Positions 52,215-64,000 of a stretch of 64,000 bases of DNA are shown in pieces. The notes below the pieces were generated by a model, which ran no database searches, was not told where the DNA came from, and saw only the letters and a program-made list of their open reading frames with translations. The DNA is from Camelus ferus (lineage: Eukaryota). A program made the translations under genes and the position numbers. The stretch is from the NCBI RefSeq assembly GCF_009834535.1, contig NC_045713.1, positions 14,508,001-14,572,000 on the forward strand, given 5' to 3'. Position 1 is the first letter of the stretch; each line of letters opens with the position of its first letter.

Positions 52215-53000
52215 TTTATTTTGGGTGGGTAATTAGGTTTATTTATTTATTTACTTTTAATGACGGTACTGGGAATTCGACCCAGGCCCTCATGCGTGGT
52301 AAGCATGTGCTCTCCCACTGAGCGGTACTCCCCACTCAGCAAATTACATATTTTAAAAATGGTACAGTTGCATAGTCAAAATTTAAAACTTCTGTGTTTC
52401 AAAGGACACCATGGAAACAGTGAAAAGACAATCCACAGAATGGGAAAAAAATATATTTGCAAGTGATATATGTGATAAGGGACTCGTATCCAGAATTTAG
52501 AAACTCCTCTTATAACTTAAAAATGGAAAGACAAATAACCGAATTTAAAAATGGGCAAATCAGAGTATACATTTCTCCACAGAAGATAGACAACTGGACC
52601 ATAAGCACTCGAAAAAAGGCTCAACATCATTAGTCATCAGGGAAATGCAAATCAAAATCACAATGAGACCCCACGTCATATCCACTAGGATGACTAGACT
52701 CAAAAAGACATAATAGTAAGTGTTGTTGAGGATGTACAGAAACTGGAACTTTCCTACACTGCTCCTGGCAATATAAGATGGTTCTGTCACTTTGAAAACA
52801 ATCTGGTGGTATCTCAAAAAGTTAAAAACGTACTTACCATATGACCCAGCGAATCCACTCCTAGGTAGAATTCAAGAGAAAAGCATGTCCACACAGAACC
52901 TTGTCCGCGAATGTGCGCATCGGCATTATTCACGATGGCCAAATGGTGGAAACGACGCAAATGTCCATCAGTAGGTGGATGGGTGAATGCAAAGGTTTCC
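52215..53000. mobile_element. SINE (minus, ~52215-52340) next to an L1 ORF2 3' fragment (plus, ~52340-53000)
   Basis: SINE gggaattcgacccagg...ctctcccactgagc. L1-like gaaaagacaatccacagaatgggaaaaa...gggaaatgcaaatcaaaatcacaatgaga...ccatatgacccagcgaatccactcctagg. Confidence 0.85.
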
Positions 53001-53274
53001 AGAGATGAAACGCAGAAATGTTACTTGCAGCTGAAGCAGGAGCAGCTCCCTTCTGTCTCTGACCTGGAATGGGAAGAAGGATCTGGACTTCCTGGGTGTG
53101 GAAAGGGGGTTTCAGACAACTGAATGGGCTTCTAAGGGGCAGGGTGATGCTAGCTGGGTCCAGTTGACCCAAGTGAGACTTTGAGCGAGGAAGTGGGATT
53201 TGTAGGTCTGCCCTCCGGGGTGCACACAGGTGGCCCCTAAAGAGCCCGGGTCGTCCTGTCATCCTGGAGGATAT

Positions 53275-53645
53275 TAGAGATTGAATTGTATTCCCCCCAA
53301 ATTCATATGCTGAGGTCCTAACCCGCAGCTGCTCAGAATGTGACCTTATCTGGAGATGGTGTCCTTACAGAGGGAATCAAGATAAACTGAGGTCACTAGG
53401 GAGGCCCTAATCCAGTATGACTGGCGTCCTTATAAAAATGAGACCTTAGGAGACAGATACATCCACAGGGAGAAAGCCGCGTGACCATGAAGACAGCGGT
53501 CTACCAGCCCGGGTAGGGCCTGGAACACACCCTCCCTCATTGCTCTCAGAAAGATCCAAAAGTGCTGACACCTCAATTTCAGTATTTAGGCTTCATGGTG
53601 AGAGAGTAACTTTGTGTTGTTTGGACACCTGTCTGTGGCACTTAG
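53275..53645 (+). mobile_element. MLT1A/B-type MaLR LTR
   Basis: ttgaattgtattccccccaaattcatatgctgaggtcctaacc...cagaatgtgaccttatctggaga...ggccctaatccagtatgactggcgtccttataa. Confidence 0.85.
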
Positions 53646-54393
53646 TTGGGGCCGCCCTGAGACACTGATGCAGAGGGCAAGGTGATGGCTGTGCTGAGCA
53701 GTGAGGGGCTTTGGCCCCAGCCTGGGGCATTCGGGAGCAGCTGGGAGGTGGGCCAAGCTGTGTGAGACAAAAGCTAAGGGGCTGCCCAGGGCCTGGGAGA
53801 CCCCTGCAGCGGGGCCTCCAGATTGTGGGGCCCCAGAAGGGCTCAGGAGAGCTGGGTCAGCAGGGCCCAGACGGTCATCAAAGCTTCCTTCCGCTCCTCC
53901 TGAGGGCTGTACCCTGGGCCACAGGCAAACAGTCAAGGTCCCCCAGCCACCGCTCCAGGGGCCTGTGTGTCAGTCTGCACAGGTCCTGGCCTGGGGAGCC
54001 CACCTCAGGGATCTAGCAGGTCCGGCCACATTCTGAGTGAAGGGCACCTACAGAACCTTCCCTGGTCTTTGGAGCTGGGGTGCCGTGTGTTCAACGGACC
54101 TGGTGACGATTCCCCTGGACCTCGACCCCACCTGGATAAGTTCCTCTTCCAGACTTCCGGAAGATTACTCAACCTGCTTCCCCAGGTCTGGACTTTCCCT
54201 CTGCCCCTCCTGTCTCTCAGGTTGACATGGTTGGAGATGAGGCCGACCCTGGACTCAAAAGATTCCCATCCCAGCTCCGGGTGGAGGGGCCACAGCTGGG
54301 GACTGCGAGTGTCAGGGACATGCCTTCACCGTCCTAGGCCCCTCAGACCTCAGTCTCACTTCCTTCTGACTCTGCCCTCTCTCTCTATTTTTG

Positions 54394-54395
<2 letters not shown>

Positions 54396-54444
<49 letters not shown>
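54396..54444. repeat. (CA)~24 microsatellite upstream of IL32
   Basis: Perfect AC run about 60 bp upstream of a TATA-like cttatatta at ~54502. Confidence 0.97.
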
Positions 54445-54448
<4 letters not shown>

Positions 54449-54717
54449 CAGCCCTGCATCCTGCCCTGGGCTGGCCCCACCCTGCCCTGCCCCTCCCGTG
54501 CTCTTATATTAACTGGCTATCAGAAGTCAGCGCAAAGCTCAGCTGGTGCTCTGTGCTGGACGGTCTGAAAGGTGATGGGCTCAGGGGACACCCGGGGTGG
54601 GGGAGGTGGGTCTGCATCAAAGGACCTTCCAGGGTGCTGGGAGGGCTGCTTTCCTGAAACACTTTTCCTCACACTTATTCCTCCCCACCAGGTCTCAGCA
54701 GAAGAACCTGAACAATC

Positions 54718-57700
54718 ATGTGTTTCTCCAGGGTGAGTGAGAGCCAGTGGTGGGGGAAAAGGTGGGCCCCCGAATCCCATTTCCCCTATGTCCCCATCTC
54801 CCACCACCACAGGCCCCTCACCCCTGCTGATTTGTCCACATGCCCCTGGCTCTGTCCTATCCTCCCTGGGCCGGGGGGGAGGCTGCTGGGGAAGTAGCGG
54901 GTCAGAGGCATGTGACCTGTGCAGTTAACAGGGCCTGAGTCTCATAAGGACCCTGGTCACCGTCCTGAAATTCTGACTGATTGTTAACAAAGGCCGTAAG
55001 GTTTCCTTTTGCTCTGAGCCCTTTACTTTATGTGGCAGGTCCTGGTTGTGGGGCCAGGATTCCCGTCTGGGAGGTCAGTTCTGGGGGCCTCACTACGTGC
55101 ATGTGCCTTTGTGTGGGTGCGTGTGAGTCCGGAGACACCGAGGAAGAAGTTACAGGACAAGGGTGCTGCTTCAGGAACTGGATGCAATGTGCTTGTGGGG
55201 GGAGCTGGAAGCCGAGGCACTGGAGTGTAGAAGCATCAGACGTCCCAGCAGACCCTTTCCACCTGGGAAACCTGGGGGAGGCGGCTGGGAGGTGCTGGCC
55301 CCGAAATTTCGACATTGTCTCTCAGGTGCTGGAGCAGCAGCTGAAACCTGCATTGGCCTCAGTGTCTATTCCTTCCCTCTGGGGTGCCCTCCAGCCTCCC
55401 CCTGAGTACCACTCCCCCCACCTCAATTGTGAGGGTCACCAGAAGCTCCTGGGAGCTCTGGGCCACGTGACAACGGGTCGGGGAATGAATGTTGAGGGGT
55501 GATCCAGGGCTCAGTGGCCCGGCCCCAAGAGGAGGGCGACGTGGTCAGCAGTTTGTCCCCGGGGGCAGCCCAGATGTTTCTCTTGCCCCGTTTCATGTGA
55601 AGTGGGGGCTGGCAGAGTGGAATCGGGATGACTTAAGGTGGGCCAATGGGTGCCCTGCACACTGTGACTGGCATTGTCTGCACAGTCATCGGAAGCCAAG
55701 GTGCACAGCCCCAGATTAGGGTCATAAAGTGCAGGGTCTCTGGAGCACCTCCACGACCTTGGGTCGGGCTAAGTGTCTGGGGGTGAGAAGTAGTGGGGGC
55801 CAGGGGCCTGCAGGGTCAGCGGTTGTGGAGAGCAGCTGGCTGAGGACCCCTGTATCCCTGTCACCACCTCAGAGAAGAAAGGACAGTGCCAACACCTCCC
55901 TCGGCCAGCTCTCACCTGGGAGCACAGAGGGTTAGGCGTCTGGGAATCAGGCTGACCCTGCACACTCCAGGGTGATGCTCCCACTTGTATGTTTGTGTAT
56001 CTGTGGTGAGAAAGAGTGAGTGCGTGTGTGTGTGTCTGTGTAACAGGTGTTGGGGTTCACAATGTAGCATAAACCTGTGGGTCACTCTTACCTCCACAGA
56101 ATGTCCCAGAGCACATTGCTGTTCTGAGGGCCAGTATGGTAAGAAGCTCTTCCTCGTGTATGGTGGGGGGGATGAGGGAGGCTGGGTTCTGCTGGGTGAA
56201 GCTTAGAATGTTCTGGGCCACTTGGGACCTGGAGGGAGAAGGACCAGGCCTCTTTGTCCCAACTCTGTCTCTCTTCACAGCACAGGAGTGTAGATGACTT
56301 CTGTGATACAGTGGAAAGTCTACCCAATGAAAATGCAGAGGTAGGTGTGTCTCCATGCTGCCACTCCCATGCCCTCTCCACTTTGGGTGGGTGGGGCTGC
56401 TTCACAATGATGGTGATGATGAAGGGGCAGGTCAGAGCTCATTCCTTACACCGGACAAAATTCACACCCGTGTGGCAGCACAGTGCACAGGTGAAGGATA
56501 CGGAGCTCCAGGGGTGCGGAGGGAGGTGCCCAAGTCCCAGGGCAATGATGGCAGAGCAGCGGTGACACACGCTTGGTCCCCAGGCACCTGGGCTGACCCC
56601 TCACCTGGGGGTGACAGGGCACAGATGAGAACAGGCTGGGGTTTGGGGATAAGACTGCAAGTGAGAGAGAGTGGGGGGATTTTAAACCAAGTGATGTTTT
56701 CTCTGCAGGTGCAGCCAGCTCTAGAAAAGCTAGAGGTGAGTTTGGACCTTGCCCCTCCCCTAAGGTGGGTCCGCAGGGTTAGGATCAGCCAGGTTATTGG
56801 GCCTGGGCTGCTGGCTCCCTTCTGAGTCTCCTAGACCCATGGAGGCCACCGTGGGGACCACAGACCTCAGCAGACAGGGGCAGGAGTGCAGCCTGCACAC
56901 TTCCTCTCCCCAGGACCAAATTAATGAGGACATGCTTGAAGCTGTGGGTGCTACCATTGAGGACAATGTCTCGGTGAGTTTGAGCCACCGTCTCTGCCCC
57001 TTGCTTCCCCTCCACCCCTGCTCCCTCTTGACTTTGGTGCTGCCTTGTGTGTCCATAGCTCCCCTGAGCGGGGGATGGAGGATTGGCCCCTGAGAGGTCA
57101 GAAGGTGTAGACTCCCTGGCACCAGCTTCCTGGGCAGCACACAGTGGCCAGAGCCCTGCCCTCCACTCAGTGCCTGATGAGAGCATGTGTGCCAGGTGCT
57201 GGCCCATAGGCGAGTCCGCCAGCAGCCAGGTATTTCCAACTGTTTTTGCCCCGGAGGCGAATTGTGGGGCCAGCCAAGGTCTGGGAAAGGTCCCCGTGTC
57301 TGCAGAGCTGTTGGCAGGAAAGCAGGCAGCTTCCACGTGTGGGCTTCCGTCTTCCAGAGAGACTCTCCCAGAGGCTAAGAGACCTTGGCCCGGGTCACGA
57401 CCTGAGGCTCCATCTGCCCAGGTGGGTCCCTGAACAGCCTCCTATCCCTGCAGGAATCTGCTCCCTTGCTTTCCGAGCTACGTCTCAGAACCCAAAGACC
57501 TGCTGATCCTGACGTGATATATGATGGCCCAGAGGTCCAGGAGCCTGAGAGCATTTGGGACAGGGTAAAGAGAATGTTTGATGTGCTGATGCAGAAATGG
57601 AGCGATGCACTGGCCTGGCTGTGGAAGAAGGTGGCTGCCTGCCTACAGTCCTTGGGCAACGCGATTGAGGCCATCTGGAGAAAGTTCAAAGGTTTCTGCT

Positions 57701-57741
57701 CCTCTCTGGGGCAGCTCTTCAAGAGCTGCATCACTGTCTAG
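54718..57741 (+). CDS. IL32: Interleukin-32 (beta-like isoform), 6 coding exons, 162 aa
   Basis: join(54718-54732,56100-56138,56281-56340,56709-56735,56914-56973,57454-57741) = 489 nt: MCFSR|NVPEHIAVLRASM|HRSVDDFCDTVESLPNENAE|VQPALEKLE|DQINEDMLEAVGATIEDNVS|ESAPLL...DALAWLWKKVAACLQ...CITV*. The exon sizes 15/39/60/27/60 match the IL32 pattern I recall, and the gene is syntenic between MMP25 and ZSCAN10. AATAAA at 57891. Confidence 0.9.
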
Positions 57742-60700
57742 GGGCCCCACGGGGTCCCGGAGGGGGTTGTCACCCTTGATCCTTCCTTGACAACCTCCTT
57801 CTCCACACATTCAGGGTGGATAAGACGCCCTACTGCCCGGAAAGCTATCTCTTACTGGGCTTCCTGTTTTCACCCTGGTACTTTGATCTTAATAAAAAAT
57901 CAACCTATCCAAATGGAGTGCCTGTGGGGATGGGAGGTGCGGGCCCAGCGGTTACAGGGAGAGGTCATGAATCAGATGGATCCAGGCCCGGGGTCCTGAC
58001 TCTAGGTGAGGAAGGAGAAGCCACCAGGCTCTCTAATCCATGACTGGGGACACTGGGCACACACACTGTTTATGGGCTGTCTGGTGGTGAGGGCTGGAAG
58101 ATTTTAGGCCAGTGTGTGACTTAGCACAGTCCCTGAGGCACAGCAGGTGCTCAGTAAGTGGCCACTCCCCGGACACAGGGAGTCAGTGAGGGGCTTGGGC
58201 ACCCTCTTTTCCTCTCCTGACCTCTGTTATTGGGCCTCCAACCCTCCAGCTGGGGCCTCTGAAACACCTTGGTCTTTCTCCCAAGATCAGAGGCCCAGGG
58301 TCTGAGGCAGAGGAGGGTGGGGAGTACACCCAACCCTAGACCAGGAGGGCAGACAGAGATGGGAGGGGCAGGAATCGGCTCCCTGGGCCTGTGGCCTCCA
58401 TCAGGCTTTACTACCCCACCCCACCCAGCCCCGACCTCCTGCCTTCGGCAGGTCCACACAGAGCAGCTTTGCAGTCTGAGGTGTTTGGCTGTGAACAGCA
58501 GCTGCTCAGAGGAAGAGGAAAGGGTGGTGCCTGACCTGTTATCCGCAGGGGCCCGCCCTGGGTGCAGAACAAAAGGAAGAAGGAGGAAATGAACCTGTGG
58601 AGGAAGAAATACAATACCAGATGGGGGCTCTCTGATCTGTGGCCCAGGAAGGGGGATGTTGTGTGGTCCTGAGGGACATGGGAGCGGATTGGGAGCCAAG
58701 AAAACGCAAGGACCAGGGACCGTTGTTTGGGGCAGTAGCCCACTTGATTGTCTGCCAGTCACTTCAGACCCTTTTGGATGTAGTAATGAGTTTTTGATTC
58801 TTAGCAGGAGGGACCCCTGGGAGCCAAGTGTGCATCCAGCAGGAGGAGGTGATGGCTGGTTCATGACCCTGACATCAGCATCTCAGTGGTGCTGATCATC
58901 CTAAGGGACCCTGGTTGCTTTCGGCCCAGGCCCAGCAAGGGAGGGGACTAGGAAGAAGGGTCTTCCTGCCTCCTGGCCTGCACCTTCCTTCTTGAGGCAG
59001 AAGGCTGCCCGTTCTTGGTTTTCCTTTTGGCAGAGCCCCCATCTGGCCCACACCTTCTTCCTTCACTTCCAGGGAGGCCCTCTGACAGTCTTCACCTTGG
59101 AAGGCCCACCTTTTGCCTGAGTTGCCTGACCCCAGGGTGCTGCCCACTGCCCCAGCCTTTACTTCTCCTTGGCCCAATCTGGCCTTTACCCCCCAGTCAG
59201 CATTCAAGTTGTTTCAGAACTTCCCCTGCTTTCTCTTGACTCATGTCAAACCTGCACTTGACTCTTCTTACTGAGAAAACCTTCCTGTGTTGAAGCCATC
59301 AGGGCTTGGTGGCCCACCACTCCCTTGAGGTCACCATCTGTGAGCCTGGACAACTGTGATGCCCTCCTAGCTGACCTCCCTGGTCTCCCCTCATTCAAGT
59401 TACTGCATGCCGCAGCCAAGGCCTAAATGATGTCATTGTTAAAAAGGAAATAACTCCCTGTCTGGAAACCTCGTGTTTTCCCATGGTGAGGAAGCCCTGA
59501 CCTTGACCTGCAAGGCTCTGTGTGCCTCATCAGGCCCCGATGGAAGTCTCCCCTCAGGGTAATGTCCTCCAGCTGCCTGCCAAGTTCTGCCCTTCTCAGG
59601 GTCTTTGCACATGCTGTTCCCTCTGCCTGGGATGCACCTCTTGTTTTGGGGGAGGCAGCCTCCCCCTTCTATTTTAGGCCTTGTTCTCTTCAATACTCTC
59701 CCCACCCTCCACATTCCCTGGCACATAGTAGGGGCTGGAGAAATAATAAAGCCTTTAAACGCTGTGGGTTCTCCCAGCTCCTCACTCTCAATCTCTTAGT
59801 TGACTAATCCTTTGTCTTTGACATTTTCTCCCTTCATGGAGTTTTCCATGCCTCTAATTTGTTCTGTGACATCTGGTGACTCTCTGTAACCCAGTCTTCC
59901 TCCCAAACCCTAAAGGCCCGGGCCCTCCCCAGGCTCGGAGCTTTCCCACCCAATTGTGCCCAAGAATCCCCTCTACATTGCCCGTATCTGGGGTCTGTTC
60001 TGCTTCAGTTCCCTTGGGCTCTGGTTGATGAGTTCACTTCCTTTCCACAAACACTTGCTAAAGAGCAGTTATGTGTCACGTTGGTGGAGGGGCAACCATT
60101 GAGATACAGGATTTTTGTGGGTGAAAAAATCAGACCAAAGCAGGAAGTCAGTTTTTGTGCACTCTGGAGCTGGGGTGGGTTGTTTTTCTCTCTTGTATTT
60201 TTACCAGAAGTCATATGATTTAAAATCTGCCTAACAGCGAGGCAGCCAATTCAAGTTGGCCTGATGGGCACAAAAAAAGGTGCAGGAAATCTATGAGAGT
60301 TTTCAGTTTGGAGGATTAGGAGTGGTTAGGGGTCTCGAACTGTCAACCTAACTTGGCCGCAGGCAGGTTTGGTTCTGCCTGCTTGTGTTTTCAGTTTGCA
60401 TTTGTTAGCAATGTTCCAGAAGAATCTGTTTCCCATAGTAATCTGGAATATGAAATTTTAAATTTTATTTAATTTGAATTAATTTAAACAGCCACAAGTT
60501 GCTAGAGGATACTGTGTTGGTTGAGATAGACTGTAGAGGAGAAAAATTCCAGGGTGGGATTGCTTGGCCTCACCCAAGGTGGCCGTGACAGATGGCCACC
60601 CTCCCCTCACTCCACACCCAGTCTGATACTTTGTATGGGAGAGGAACTTTTCCAGGACCTGCTCCCAACCAACCTGTTATTGAGGGGGGGGGGGGGGATA

Positions 60701-60996
60701 GGAGAAAGGCATCACTGTGACACACTGGGGAGGGGAACAGGTGGCACTGATACACTCAGCAAAATAAATGAAGAGGGACCACTTTCAAGAAGGTTGTTTT
60801 ACTTTAGGCATTTCGAAATACATTCCTAAGGCCAGGAATAGATGCCTTTGCAGAAGGGAAGACCTAACAGGCAGGGTCGGGGGAGCCAGAGGAAGGTGGC
60901 ATGGAGTGTCGGGGCAGAGCCATCCACTGCAGCCTTGGTGGCCAGGGACGCCGGGGAGAAGCGCACAGGGCAGACTTGGGGGAGCTCGGCGCGAAG

Positions 60997-63905
60997 TTAG
61001 TACAGGGTCTCCCGCGCATGCGTTCTCAGGTGGCGCAGGAGGTGGGAGTTGCGGCTGAAGCTCCGGCCACACTGCGTGCATGAGTAGGGCCTGGCTCCCG
61101 TGTGGACCAGCATGTGACGCAGCAGATTGCAGCTGCGGCTGAAGATCTTGCCGCACTCCAGGCACTCCTGCGGGGGCTCAGCCTGCCCAGACCCGGACTC
61201 ATCCCCTGCCCCTGCGTGGGTGGCCAGGTGTCGCTGCAGGTGGGCGTTGCGCCGGAAGCTCCGGCCGCACTTCTGGCAGCTGTATGGCCGCTCGCCGGTG
61301 TGGCTGCGGCGGTGGCGGGCCAGGTTGGAGCTGTTCCGGAAACGGTGACCGCAGGTGTCACAGATGTGGGGCTTCTCCCCGGTGTGGATGCGCTGGTGGC
61401 GCGCCAGGTGGGCGCTCTGGCTGAAGCCCTCGCCGCACTCGCTGCAGCGGCAGGGCTTCTCCCCTGTGTGGCTGCGCCGGTGGCGGGCGAGGTCCTGGGT
61501 CTGGCTGAAGCTCTTGCCGCACTGGACGCAGTTGTGGGGCCTAGGGCCGCCGTGGGTCAGGAGGTGGCGGGCGAGGCCAGCCCGCCGCATGAAGCGCTTC
61601 CCGCAGTGCGGGCAGCTGTAGGGCCTCTCGCCCGTGTGCACCCGCTGGTGGCAGACCAGCTGGGAGCTCTGACTGAAGCTGCGGCCGCAGACCTGGCAGG
61701 AGAAGGGCCGCTCGCCGGTGTGCACGCGCCGGTGTGCCCCCAGGTGCTCGCTGCGCCGGAAAGCCTTGCCGCAGTCGCTGCACACATAGGGCCTGCGCTC
61801 AGGCCCCGGGTGCAGGCTGCCCGAGCACTCGGAGCACTGGTGGCCCTTGTCCTTGGCGTGGATTCGCAGGTGGCGCTTGAGGCTGGAGCGGCGCTGGAAG
61901 GTCTGGCCGCAGTGGGAGCACAGGACTACGGCCAGCTCCGGGGGCGCTTGAGTCTTGGTCTCCGGCGCGCACGAGGGCTTTTGGTCCTGGGCGTGCGCCA
62001 GGAGGTGCTGCATGAGGCTGGCCCGGCGCTGGAAGCCCTGGCCGCACTCGGCGCACAGGAAGGCAGGCTCAGAAGAGTGCGTCTGCAGGTGTTTGCTCAG
62101 ATGCGAACTCTGGCGGAAGCGGTGGCCACAGAGATGGCAGGTGTGCGGCCGCTCATCAGTGTGCGTGCGCATGTGCAGCTTGAGGATGGAGCTGCGGCCA
62201 AAGCTCTTCCCGCAACACAAGCACAGGAAGGACCGCGCGCCGGGGTGAGACCGCAGCTGGTGCGCCTCCAGCCGGGAGAGCTGCGGGAAGCTCACCCCGC
62301 ACTCTGTGCAGATGAACTTTATCTCCGGCTCTGACTTGGGGGTCCCTCCGGCCACTTTGACCTCAAGAACATCAGTCCTGCTCGGAGGGGACATTTCTCC
62401 ACCCGTGCGATCCACCTCAGGGCCCCGCCCAAGCGACTGGGTGTGGGGCTCTTCCGCCACCCTGGGACTGTCTGCCCAAGACTTTGCCGAGTTGGCAGTG
62501 GGCCAAGAAACCACTTTCTGCTCTTCTTCTTTAAACTCCTTGTCTGGGGTTCTGCTTCCAAATCCTGAGAAAGCAGAGAAGAGTACCAGTCAGCCTTTTG
62601 GGGAGGGGCTTTTAAGAATCGCCAGAACCTCACTGCCTGGAAGCGGAAGAAACCCAGAATCCTGCAAAGTTGGTAGGAGGACAGAGGGTGGGGGTAAAAC
62701 CCAGTTACGTACAAGGTACTGTTTTAAGGTATGTAATTCAGGTCCATTAGGTATATTCATAATATTGTGCCACCATCACCGCTATCTAGTGTCATCCTCC
62801 CAAAAGGAAACATACCTGTTAAGAGGCACTCCCGTTGACCACTTATTTTAAAAGCTCAGAGTTGTCAGGGTTGATGATTAAACTCAATGAACCTTAAAAA
62901 TTGCATCTATATATCTATATAGATATAGGCATATCAATATATATCTATATAGATATGTATCACTATTTGCCTCACCAAAATAGCCCATTTTTGGCCAAAG
63001 AGGCTGAAAAATCAGTTAGGGCCTGGAGTTTCAGGGACCACTCCAACAGGCAAAGGAAAAGTCTTCAGTGGTCATAAACCTGGGAAAGGGCCTCTTACCC
63101 AGAGGATGCACAGGCCAAGCCTTCTTTGCTGGAACATCTTCAAAGGTCAGGGACTCCTGTGACCAAGGGAGGGGAAGAGATTCTCAGTGAGTGAGGGACA
63201 AGGCCCTGGGACTTGAGGGGGATGAAGAACTTTCAAGGTTTAAATTAAGGGAGATGTGGATTTGCTAAAACTGCAGAGGCAGAGAACATTTCAGGCCATG
63301 AGATCTACCCTGAGTGAGGGGACCAGTCTGGCTCACCAGCACAGCTGCCAGCTCTTGATCTCCAGAGTTCTCCTCCGGCCACAGCTCAGGGCCCTGGGGG
63401 ACTGACAGCACTGGGGGAGAAAGAAAGAGCTGTTAGAAGCCAGCCTTACCCACCATGCTGTTATGAGAATGTGCACCCATGCACACCATCACCAGGGTCC
63501 CTTGACAGACATCTTGGCTCTCCCCCATTCCCATCAGTTAGGGAGGATGCCCAATTCTCTCCGCACCCCCACGCACCTGGCCTCCCAGCTCCCACCAAAC
63601 ACCAGACCTGCACCTTCTGTAGGCACCAGCTCCTCACCGCTCTCCTGCAAGGCCTGCAATGTTCCCTTAGGACCTGGGCTCAATGGCTGCTTTGAAATTG
63701 GGGGACGTCTCCAGGCCCCCATCTCTGCAGGCTTGGAGGGCCCTGACTGGGACAGCAGGAGTTCCTTTGCTGGTTCCAGGGCTGGAGGCCCTTCTGAAGG
63801 CATTTCCTTTTTGGGGCTGTGGCTGGAGACCTGGGAAGAACCTCCCTGTTCCTCCAAGGTGATGTCTGCACGGGGATAGTTCTTGCCAGCATTAAAACTA
63901 AAATC
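60997..63905 (-). CDS. ZSCAN10: Zinc finger and SCAN domain protein 10, 3' four exons (the SCAN exon lies beyond the window), 14 C2H2 fingers
   Basis: complement join(63638-63905,63337-63401,63099-63156,60997-62564), GT-AG with consistent phases. DFSFNAGKNYPRADITLEEQG...ESLTFEDVP...GFGSRTPDKEFK...14 fingers...HLRTHARETLY*. Confidence 0.95.
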
Positions 63906-64000
63906 CTGTTCAGAACACATCCATGTTAGGTGACAGACAGGATGTTAATCCATGTCCTACTAACTCCCAAGGGAAATGGAACTGAGGAAAGTGGGAGTCA

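Noticed and set aside
55030-55360. Possible extra IL32 exons (VGACESGDTEEEVTG resembling the gamma insert; VLEQQLKPAL after an acceptor at 55325)
   Set aside because: The true orthologous exon and intron are at 56100-56280. These candidates lack convincing donors and the peptide similarity is short.
61102-62334. 410-aa plus-strand ORF
   Set aside because: Antisense shadow of the GC-rich, periodic ZSCAN10 zinc-finger exon; no independent coding features.

Overview
Mammalian euchromatic window syntenic to human 16p13.3. The host is probably a camelid, judged tentatively from the repeated tRNA-derived SINE. Exon-by-exon gene models were built by hand from splice sites and protein recognition, in this order: an unidentified Pro-rich terminal coding exon (1-490, +), CLDN9 (+), CLDN6 (-), TNFRSF12A (+), HCFC1R1 (-), THOC6 (+), BICDL2 (-), a TE-rich interval of about 15 kb (L1, MLT, a decayed ERV-L provirus, LTRs, two assembly gaps), MMP25 (+), IL32 (+) and the 3' four exons of ZSCAN10 (-). 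All complete models give open frames of the expected length. I found no evidence for a new multi-gene system. The most interesting items are gene-level: CLDN6 has a broken claudin signature (GLW to GPW) plus R158W; there are apparent CLDN9/CLDN6 gene-conversion tracts; a BICDL2 splice donor appears lost (GT to AT) with in-frame rescue; MMP25 has a GC-AG intron; IL32 cannot make an in-frame gamma isoform and lacks the RGD tail; ZSCAN10 has a KRAB-A relic exon; and an orphan Pro-rich exon opens the window. Comparisons with human proteins are from recall and need alignment to confirm.
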